Below, piece after piece: positions 1 to 7,966 of a stretch of DNA of 60,294 nt. The first letter of the stretch is position 1; each line of letters opens with the position of its first letter. The stretch is from the NCBI GenBank assembly GCA_021158525.1, contig JAGGUL010000079.1:1-60294 (forward strand), in the 5' to 3' direction. The notes under the pieces were generated by a model that saw only the letters and a program-made list of their open reading frames with translations, made no database searches and had not been told where the DNA came from. The position numbers were made by a program, and so were the translations under genes. This stretch comes from Candidatus Hydrothermota bacterium (GTDB taxonomy: Bacteria > Hydrothermota > Hydrothermia > B15-G9 > DRBW01).

Positions 1-113
1 GCAGAGCTTCGGATCTCGGGCTGACAGATTTTCACGCTTCCTCATTGAAATCTGACAATATCTGCATTTTGGCAAATCTGAATTTCACTTTGTACTGATT
101 ACAGATTTCTGCA

Positions 114-142
114 TTGACAATCTGCCGCTATAACTTTAATAT
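114..142 (+). promoter_or_regulatory. Sigma70-type promoter, leaderless geometry for tlpA
   Basis: TTGACA(114-119)-17 bp-TAATAT(137-142), 7 nt before ATG 150; no Shine-Dalgarno. Confidence 0.6.
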
Positions 143-149
143 GCACTCC

Positions 150-695
150 ATGATTTTCCGTCATGGGCTTTTTGCGCTTCTCGCCGTCGTCCTTTTTGTC
201 AATCCTTTAGCGGCAGAAAAACACAAGAAAGCTCCCACCTTCGCCCTCGAAGACCTTAAAGGCAATGAAATCGTCCTGGACAGCGTGCTATCCGGCGGCC
301 CCGTCATAATCGATTTCTGGGCGACATGGTGTAAGTCCTGCGATAAAGCTCTTGACATGCTTCAATCGCTTTACGCCACTTATAGAGACAGCGGATTGAG
401 TGTGCTTGCTATCACTGTGGATTCTCCGGACAAGATCTCGCGGATTAAACCTCTCGCCTCTTCCCGGAAGTGGGAATTTCCCATACTCATGGATCCCGAG
501 AAGAAGGTAAAAACTCTATACAGAGTCATGGTGCTCCCCACGCTGTTTGTGCTGAATCGAGATGGCGAAATCGTGTACCACCATGTTGGTTACAATCCGA
601 GAGAACGATCGAAGCTCGAGGAAGTCCTGCTTCCTCTGTTCAGGACCGCTTCGGATTCCTCCGAAGCAGAAAGTAAAGCGAGCGGAAATCCCTGA
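150..695 (+). CDS. TlpA/ResA-family thiol:disulfide oxidoreductase, exported
   Basis: Signal peptide, APTFALEDLKG, DFWATWCKSC, cis-Pro VLPTLF; start moved from TTG 114 (the -35 box) to ATG 150. Confidence 0.9.
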   Translation: MIFRHGLFALLAVVLFVNPLAAEKHKKAPTFALEDLKGNEIVLDSVLSGGPVIIDFWATWCKSCDKALDMLQSLYATYRDSGLSVLAITVDSPDKISRIKPLASSRKWEFPILMDPEKKVKTLYRVMVLPTLFVLNRDGEIVYHHVGYNPRERSKLEEVLLPLFRTASDSSEAESKASGNP

Positions 696-751
696 ATTTC
701 TGTCAATGCCGTCTGGAAAGAAAACCAAATTCAACTGAAAGGAGGTTTTCT

Positions 752-2591
752 ATGAGAAAAGTTTTAGGTATGGTCGTGATTTTGTTGACAATAAACTCTG
801 CCAGACTGATGGCAGCTGACCGGTATGTTCTCGCTGAGATGGTCACAAATACGGGCTGTCCATATTGTCCTCCCGCCGACAATCAGCTCGATTATCTGGG
901 GGAGTATTTTGGGGACAGGCTCGTCGTCATCAGATACCACGCCTGGTGGCCCTCTTCGGGCGATCCCTTTTACAATGCAAATACAAGCGAAAATATTGCG
1001 AGAATCCAGTATTACAACGTGACTTACACGCCTCACTGCTTCTTCGACGGCATTGTGGATGGAACGTCCAATTACAGCACCTGGCAGATGATGATTCAGA
1101 ACAGGATGAACGAGCCGAGCCCCCTCACCATCGACCTCGATGTGGATTACAACCCTCAGTCGAGGGAAGGCTCTGTTATAGCGACCATCTATAATGAAGA
1201 CGACTCCACTCATAACAATGTGAAACTCCGCTTCTGCATAACGGAATCGGATATAGAATACACGGCTCCCAATGGGGAGACGGAACACAACTACGTGATG
1301 AGAGACTTCTTTCCCGACGTCAACGGAATAACCGTCGACATCCCGGCTGGTGAAACTATAGTTGACACGGCCTATTTCACCATTTCGCCATCCTGGGAGG
1401 ACGGTAACTGCCAGGTCGTCGTTTTCGTTCAGAACGATGGGACCAGGGAGATCTATCAGTCAGCCTGGGCGTGGGTCAATCCCAACCCGGCCCTCGCTTT
1501 CAGCAGGTTCAGGGTGGAAGACGATAACAGCGGCGATGGCGATTATCTTCCGGAACCCGGAGAGGAAGTGAATCTCTACGTCGCATTGAAAAACACCGGG
1601 AGGGAGGATGCGACGAGCGCCAACGCGACGATCTATACCGATGACGAGTACTTCACTGTGACGACGGCCTCTGCCAGCTACGGAGCCATTCCAATAGGGG
1701 GCAGCACCGAGCCCACGACTCCATTCAGCATTCAGATCTCAAGCAGCGCTCCCTACGGATATATGGGCTGGATAAACATCGACATGGAGCTCCCCCAACG
1801 GCGTCACTTACACCGACAGTTTCCTCGTCCTGATCGATTCCACTGCAGGCTTTTTCGATGACTGTGAATCGGGGGAGCAGTTCTGGCAGCACGCAGGCTT
1901 CTCCGATTTCTGGCATCTCACGGAGTTGAGGTGCGTATCCCCCACTCACAGCTGGTACAACGGAATAGAGGAATCGAACGTCTACAACAACAACGCTAAC
2001 TGCGCCCTTTATATGCCCGACTACATCCTGATAGGACGGGATGCCCTCCTGACTTTCAATCACTGGTACGCGATACAGGAGAACGCTGATTTCGCCTATC
2101 TCGAGATCGACAACGGACACGGATGGGAGGTCTACGGAACCTGGACCGGAACCAGCGACGGATGGGAGGCAGAGACCCTGGATCTCTCGGGATACGCCGG
2201 CTCACCCCTGAAAATGCGCTTCCACTTCACCTCTGACGGGTACGGTGTCGACGAGGGGTGGTACATCGACGATATCAGTTTTGGAGTGTCCACCTCGGTG
2301 GAGGAGAACCCCGGTGCGGGCAATGATAGAAAGCCAGTAACGGCGACAATAGGGGGGCGTGACCTCACGATCGCCTTTGAGCTCGACAATCCGGCCCTGC
2401 TTGACCTCTCTATCTACGATGTATCGGGAAGGCCAGTCCTCAAGAAACAGCTCCACGGAAAGGAAGGCACGAACAGGCTCCATCTCGGTGAGATGATCAC
2501 GGGGAAAGGGCATTCCGGCGTTTACTTCGTCATTATAAAGAAGGGCAATGAAACCCTGCTGTCCCGGAAACTGATCCTGTTCAACCACTGA
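752..2591 (+). pseudogene. Omp28-related thioredoxin-fold protein with Ig-like, jelly-roll and T9SS/FlgD-like C-terminal domains; split by a +1 frameshift at C5 1792-1796
   Basis: SD AAAGGAGG; signal peptide; TNTGCPYCP, YHAWWP, HNYVMRD. Removing one C gives IDMELPNGVTYTDSFLV...FFDDCESG in frame with ORF 1926-2591 (EGWYIDD, IYDVSGR, SGVYFV). Confidence 0.8.
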
Positions 2592-2594
2592 TCG

Positions 2595-3719
2595 ATGAGA
2601 ATCAAAGCCTTCATTTTTCTCACCTTACTTCTCATAGTGGGGAGTTGCATAAAGAGGCCCGAGGAGGAAGAGATCCTCCCCCAGGGCGGAAATCCAGTCG
2701 TCGCCGAGTGTTTTACCAATATAGGCTGCGTCCACTGCCCTGAGGCTGAGAGCATCCTCGCGTCATACCTTCAGGAAGACACGAACCTCCTGGTCATAAA
2801 CTATCACGTCGGAATACCTCTCGGAAACGATCCCTTTTACCTGGCCGACTCGGCAGAGATTAACCGGATCCTGGAATTCTACTTTCTCGAGGGACTGCAG
2901 GGAACTCCCGGAATCGTCTTCAACGGCACAATTCGATACGAGGGTGTGAGCGCCGCGCCGATCTGGCCGGAGATAATCGACTCGCTGCACGATCTGGAGC
3001 GTGCTGTCACGATGACCGGGGAAGGCGAGTACTCCCCCGATACGCGTTCCGGTTGGATAAAGGTGTATGTCTCGGGCGACATCGAGTCGGGCCTCTATCT
3101 GAAGGGGCTTCTCCTTGAATCCGACATAGAGTATCAGGCTCCAAACGGCGATACTCTCTACGACCACCTCGTGAGAGATATAATCCCCGATCCTACGGGG
3201 ATACCCGTAGATAGCGAGGGGACCTACAGATTTGATTTCTCCCTTAGCGGGGAAATCGAAGCCGAAAACTCTGAGATAGCCGTTATAATTCAGGATGCAT
3301 CGACGAAATTCATCGAGTGGGCGATCCGTTTCCCCATCTCCGAACTCCCCGAGCCCCAACCCGGTTATTCCTTTGAATTCCACGTGAGCGATACCCTCCT
3401 TTACGTCCCCGTCAACCTGCTCACGACGACCAGGCTGTACCTCGAGAACACGGGAACGCTCGATGACATCTATCTGATCGAGGTGATCAGGGACTCACTG
3501 GCAGACCCTCAGTGGTCCGTGAGCCTCTGCCGTGAAGTCTGCCTGCCCTATCTCACTGCCTATGATACTATTCCTGCGGGAGAAAGGGATACGAGCTATA
3601 CCATCGATTTCATCCACTGGAATGAGACCGACCCGCCGGGCTTCGTCATCGTGAGAATCACGTCTCAGGGAGATACATCGCTCGTCGATTCATCAAAAAT
3701 ATGGGTGTATCCGCAATGA
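2595..3719 (+). CDS. Omp28-related outer-membrane lipoprotein (CxxC) with C-terminal Ig-like domain
   Basis: Lipobox VGSC; FTNIGCVHCP; NYH...DPFY; GTPGIVFNG; DHLVRD; C-terminal WSVSLCREVCLP. Confidence 0.8.
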   Translation: MRIKAFIFLTLLLIVGSCIKRPEEEEILPQGGNPVVAECFTNIGCVHCPEAESILASYLQEDTNLLVINYHVGIPLGNDPFYLADSAEINRILEFYFLEGLQGTPGIVFNGTIRYEGVSAAPIWPEIIDSLHDLERAVTMTGEGEYSPDTRSGWIKVYVSGDIESGLYLKGLLLESDIEYQAPNGDTLYDHLVRDIIPDPTGIPVDSEGTYRFDFSLSGEIEAENSEIAVIIQDASTKFIEWAIRFPISELPEPQPGYSFEFHVSDTLLYVPVNLLTTTRLYLENTGTLDDIYLIEVIRDSLADPQWSVSLCREVCLPYLTAYDTIPAGERDTSYTIDFIHWNETDPPGFVIVRITSQGDTSLVDSSKIWVYPQ

Positions 3720-5082
3720 TAGGCATACTCGCTCTTTTGTTAGCGGCTCAACTGAGCGTAAATGCTTCGAATTTTCTTGAACTGAGGCTCCTCAGAGATG
3801 GCCGGGAAAGGCTAATCGACGAGCTCTCCTTCGACCTCTTCTATGATAACTTCAAGGCAGGCTTCACCTTCGCGACCTATCAGCCCGAGACCCTCCTCGA
3901 GTTCCAGAGGCGCTCTGAGGTATTGAAAAAGTATATTGAATACAGAAGCGGCCCCTTGACGGCCCGGGGCGGATATTTCTATTCCACCTTCGGACACGGC
4001 CTGCTCCTTTATGCCGCCAGAGATGAAGTTCTGCAGATGGACAGGTTTGTCGACGGGGCCGATCTGAGGCTGAAACTCAGGGGAATCAAAGGGGAATTCC
4101 TCGTGGGCAAGCCGAGGGTCTTCGAAGAGTATCGCCTCCGGGAGGACTCTCTTTCACTCCTTCAGGCGGTCGACCTCGCCGCCAGCCCCTTGAGCTTCCT
4201 GAAAGTGGGTGGTTCTTTCCTCCGTGCCTCCGATTCCCTCCGATACCTGAGGAGCGACTTTCTCGCCGGAAGGACAGAACTATCGGTCGGACCTCTGAAC
4301 CTGTATTTCGAATATGCCAAAAGATGGGGATACAACAGGATGCTCAAAAAGAAAAAGAACGGGGCCGCCGACTACCTCTCCCTGAGCTATTCGGGGGCCG
4401 GGCTCGGTCTGACTTTCGAGTTCCGGGATTACTGGCTCTTCGGCAAAGAATATGGAATCCCGCCCTCCCTTTCCAAAAACGGGTTCTACCTGAACTCGGC
4501 GATGGACGAGAGGGGCTTTTCGCTAAAACTCGACCTCGGGTTAATTGAGGGCTTCGACATAAATCTCCACGGATCACACCTGTTTTCCACCGAGCATTTC
4601 GGGCCCAAATCGGATCTCAAGGAACTGGGCGGTAAAGCGGACGGCTATGTAGGCCCACTGGAATACACGCTCTCGTTGTCCTATATGAATTTTGAGGGAG
4701 CAAAAGACGCCCTCGGACTTGACAGGCGCAGGGAAATCGACCCCGAGGCAACCTTGATCCTGAGGCTTTCAGACCTTTATTCTATCAGCCTCTATGGCCG
4801 CAACAGAATGAGAAAAGACGATGACAAAAAATACAGCGATATCGACGCTTATCTGACTTTCTCCCTTTTCTCCATAATTGACCTCACTCTGGCCGGCTCG
4901 AAGCGCACCGGCGACCTCGAGGGAAAGTGGGGGGGATAGAGCTTTTCCTTCATGCGGGCGGAATGCTCGATATGATCCTCACCTATGGCTCGGAGAGAGG
5001 AGATTTCGTCTGCTCGGGCGGAATATGCCGATATGAACCCGAATTCAAGGGGTTCAAGGCACAGGCAGTCATAAACTTCTAA
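3716..5082 (+). pseudogene. DUF6029-like outer-membrane beta-barrel; frameshift at G7 4929-4935
   Basis: ATGA overlap with the upstream stop; GYFYSTFGHGLLL. One extra G gives WGGIELF...GDFVCSGGICRYEPEFKGFKAQAVINF-stop with a terminal Phe and a TAATG overlap with the next gene. Confidence 0.75.
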
Positions 5083-6731
5083 TGCTAAAAGAGGAACTGA
5101 AAAAAGAGAGAAAGAGGCGTCTTATTGCCTTCTGGGTTTCGTTCTTCCTGCCAGGTGTGGGCCAGCTCACCAGGAAGAGGATCGGCTCGGGCCTCTTTTT
5201 TATTTTAGTGACCGTCCTTTCGCTTCTATTTCTGAAGCGAATCTGGAAGGGCTGGAGCCCGGCAGTCATAAGCCTCTTCATAGGTTACTCTCTTCTGTGG
5301 GTATTGAACCTCCTGGACGCTTACAAAGGGCCTGTATATCACAAACCGCCCTGCAGGAGGGCCTGCCCTGCAGACATCGACGTTCCCGGCTACACAGAAC
5401 TGATCCGCCGGGACAGATACTCTGAGGCCCTGGAGCTGATAGCTTTGAAGGCTCCTCTGCCAGGTGTCCTCGGCTACGTCTGTCTGGCCCCCTGCGAAGA
5501 GAAATGCTCGAGGACGGGAATGGAGGGCAGCGTCCTGATTCGCCACCTCAAGCTGAAAGCGGCCGTCAAGGGCGAGCTCACCTTCGAAGTCACTCAGCAA
5601 AAGAAGCATCACAGGGTGGCTGTAATCGGGAGCGGACCCGCAGGCCTGACCGCAGCCCATTACCTTGCCGAGAAAGGCTATAAAGTCACTATCTTCGAGA
5701 GACAGGAGAAACTGGGGGGAATGTTGCGTTACGGGATACCATCCTACCGACTTCCCAGGGAGATGCTCGATCTGGAGATCGACAGGATAACGAAGGACAG
5801 GATCGAGGTGAAAACCGGCGTGAAAATCGGGGAGGACATCTCTTACGCCGAGCTGGAAAAGAATTTCGATGCCGTCATAGCGGCTCCCGGCGATGCCCTC
5901 TCCAGGATGCTGAACTTAGAGGGGATAGATCTCAAGGGAGTACACTACGCCCTCGAATTCCTCGAAAAAGCCAATCGCGGCGAGAAAGTTCCGATAGGCG
6001 AGAAGGTGGTCGTCATAGGAGGCGGCAACGTGGCCGTGGACTGCGCCAAAACCTCGTTGAGGCTGGGGGCCCGTTCCGTGAAGATGGTGGCGCTCGAGAC
6101 GCGCGACCTGTCTTCCCCCGACAGGCTACCCGCCAGCGACAGGGAAATAGAGGAAGTGGAAGAAGAGGGAGTCGAGATACTGGGGTCCCTTGGGCCCAGA
6201 AAAATCGTAGGCGAAAACGGCCGGGTAAAGGCCCTCGAGACCATCAAGTGCACCCGCGTTTACGACGAGAAGGGAAGATTTGCGCCTCAGTTCGACGACA
6301 AAGCCGAGACACCTGTCATCGAGGCGGATTCTATAATAATCGCCATTGGTCAGAAACCCGACATCTCCTTCCTGCCGGAGGACGTGAGATTTCTGAAGAA
6401 CTTCAAAACCACGAGAAAAGGCCTCTTTTTCGTTCCAGGGTCCCTGATGGTGGCTGAAGCCATAGGCAGGGGCAGGAAGGCAGCTGAACAGGTCGACAGG
6501 TATTTCAAATCTCCCCTGAGGCGATTTCTGGACCAGCTCTTTTCCTTCGAACTCTACATCAAACCCGCCAGGCTCGGACGACCCGAGCCGGCCGATCCCG
6601 CCGCGGTCAGGAAAGAAAATCCGGAGGAGAGGATCAAAGATTTCAGGACGATAGAAAAGCCTTTAAGTGACGAGGAGGCTAAGAACGAAGCCCGTAGATG
6701 TTTACAGTGTCCTTTCCGATTTCGGGTCTGA
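5082..6731 (+). CDS. GltD/NfnB-like FAD, NAD(P)-binding Fe-S oxidoreductase with N-terminal membrane domain
   Basis: N-terminal hydrophobic segments (FFLPGVGQL); CRRACP and CLAPCEEKC Fe-S motifs; IGSGPAG; GGMLRYGIP; IGGGNVAVD; C-terminal EARRCLQC. Confidence 0.85.
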   Translation: MLKEELKKERKRRLIAFWVSFFLPGVGQLTRKRIGSGLFFILVTVLSLLFLKRIWKGWSPAVISLFIGYSLLWVLNLLDAYKGPVYHKPPCRRACPADIDVPGYTELIRRDRYSEALELIALKAPLPGVLGYVCLAPCEEKCSRTGMEGSVLIRHLKLKAAVKGELTFEVTQQKKHHRVAVIGSGPAGLTAAHYLAEKGYKVTIFERQEKLGGMLRYGIPSYRLPREMLDLEIDRITKDRIEVKTGVKIGEDISYAELEKNFDAVIAAPGDALSRMLNLEGIDLKGVHYALEFLEKANRGEKVPIGEKVVVIGGGNVAVDCAKTSLRLGARSVKMVALETRDLSSPDRLPASDREIEEVEEEGVEILGSLGPRKIVGENGRVKALETIKCTRVYDEKGRFAPQFDDKAETPVIEADSIIIAIGQKPDISFLPEDVRFLKNFKTTRKGLFFVPGSLMVAEAIGRGRKAAEQVDRYFKSPLRRFLDQLFSFELYIKPARLGRPEPADPAAVRKENPEERIKDFRTIEKPLSDEEAKNEARRCLQCPFRFRV

Positions 6732-7551
6732 GCATATCGAGGGGCGTTGAAAACCTTATCGCCCCCTGAGGACAGGCCGACTGGCACTTTCCGCACCTTA
6801 TGCAATCAAGATCCGATGCGTTCTCATAAATCCTGATCTCCATGGGGCACACATTGTAGCAGATATCGCATTTAGTGCACTTGCTCTTGTCCACATACAT
6901 CCTCAACACGCTCAACTTGTTGAAAATAGAGAAGATGGCTCCCACGGGACACGCCACCCTGCAGAAGGGCCTTCTGGTCGAGAGAGAGAGCACGACGAAG
7001 AATATGAGTATGCCGTATTTGACGTAAAAATGGGTCGTGAGGATCTCAAGGAGGGACGAACCGAGCGACTGAACCGGATCCCAGGAGAGAAGCGGTATCC
7101 CGGCCTCGATGGTTCCGGCAGGGCAGAACTTACAGAACCATGGTTCGAGCAAAACGATGGGCAGTATTATGGCCAGGACGAGGACCACGTACTTCAGGTA
7201 GGTGAAGATCCTGGGGATCCTGAACTTATAGGAGGGTATCTTGTAGAGAAGTTCCTGGAAAAGTCCAAAGGGGCAGACCCAGCCGCATGTCGCCCTCCCC
7301 ACCGATGCGCCCACGAGCCCGAAGAAACCGAGGATGTAAAAGGGAATCTGTCGAACTGCGAGGAAATGCTGGAAGCTCCCCATCGGGCAGGCGAACCTGG
7401 AAAGGGGACAGGAATAGCAATTCAACGCCGGCACGACGAATCTCTTGGTGAGGCCCTGATATATCGCCTGGCCGGTGAGAACGCCCTTGTAGTAGCTGTC
7501 AATCGCTAAAAAACTCAGTATCTGAAAAAGTCTTCTTATCCTCGCAGTCAT
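6679..7551 (-). CDS. NapH/MauN-like membrane 4Fe-4S binding protein
   Basis: LNCYSCP, CPMG, GRATCGWVCPFG, FCKFCPAG, RPFCRVACPVG, two CxxCxxCxxxCP motifs, TM helices. Confidence 0.88.
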   Translation of the reverse strand: MTARIRRLFQILSFLAIDSYYKGVLTGQAIYQGLTKRFVVPALNCYSCPLSRFACPMGSFQHFLAVRQIPFYILGFFGLVGASVGRATCGWVCPFGLFQELLYKIPSYKFRIPRIFTYLKYVVLVLAIILPIVLLEPWFCKFCPAGTIEAGIPLLSWDPVQSLGSSLLEILTTHFYVKYGILIFFVVLSLSTRRPFCRVACPVGAIFSIFNKLSVLRMYVDKSKCTKCDICYNVCPMEIRIYENASDLDCIRCGKCQSACPQGAIRFSTPLDMLRPEIGKDTVNIYGLRS

Positions 7552-7704
7552 CTATTCGATCCCGACGCAGGAAAGACAGATCATGGAGGCATTCAGCTCT
7601 GTCTCTTCGAAATCGCCGACTTTGGCCCCCTTTATTATGAGGCCAGTCGACAGAGCAACGAGCAGCGCCAGCCCCGCCACAAATAAAAATGACCTGATGC
7701 GCAT
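7552..7704 (-). CDS. Small membrane protein with C-terminal CxxC (CD1871A-like), 50 aa
   Basis: One TM helix and C-terminal ICLSCVGIE; its stop abuts the start of the 4Fe-4S gene. Confidence 0.75.
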   Translation of the reverse strand: MRIRSFLFVAGLALLVALSTGLIIKGAKVGDFEETELNASMICLSCVGIE

Positions 7705-7710
7705 GTTCTG

Positions 7711-7739
7711 ATTTTGAAAGCAATCACCCGCCCTGTCAA
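7711..7739 (-). promoter_or_regulatory. Sigma70-type promoter, leaderless geometry
   Basis: TTGACA-17-CAAAAT, 6 nt before ATG 7704; no SD. Confidence 0.55.
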
Positions 7740-7966
7740 GGGTTTCGCCCAGTCGTGATATAGGGCACGCTTCGGCCTCCATACAATTAAAAGACCAACT
7801 CCGGGATGTAAACAGTGTAAACAAATCATTTTGAATCAAGTTTTGCCATGAAGAATCTAAATTACAACTGCATTAACTTAAATATCATTGCATTACTAAA
7901 TTACTCCCGGGGGTTCTGATTATTGCAAATAGCACCTCTACTGAATCTTCCGCTCTTTAAAGATTT

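Noticed and set aside
21-124. Multiple CAGATT/AATCTG copies with an imperfect inverted repeat
   Set aside because: Short, irregularly spaced and at the window edge; cannot be told apart from chance or upstream gene context
2589-2597. In-frame TGA between adjacent genes (also 44135-44146 and 47170-47175) as possible selenocysteine read-through
   Set aside because: The stops follow complete domains rather than catalytic Cys positions, and the downstream genes start with their own N-termini; all CxxC motifs use Cys codons
7549-7554. In-frame TAG-ATG between the CxxC peptide and the 4Fe-4S gene as amber read-through or pyrrolysine
   Set aside because: The peptide ends at its family-typical CxxCxGI terminus and no pyl genes are seen; translational coupling is sufficient
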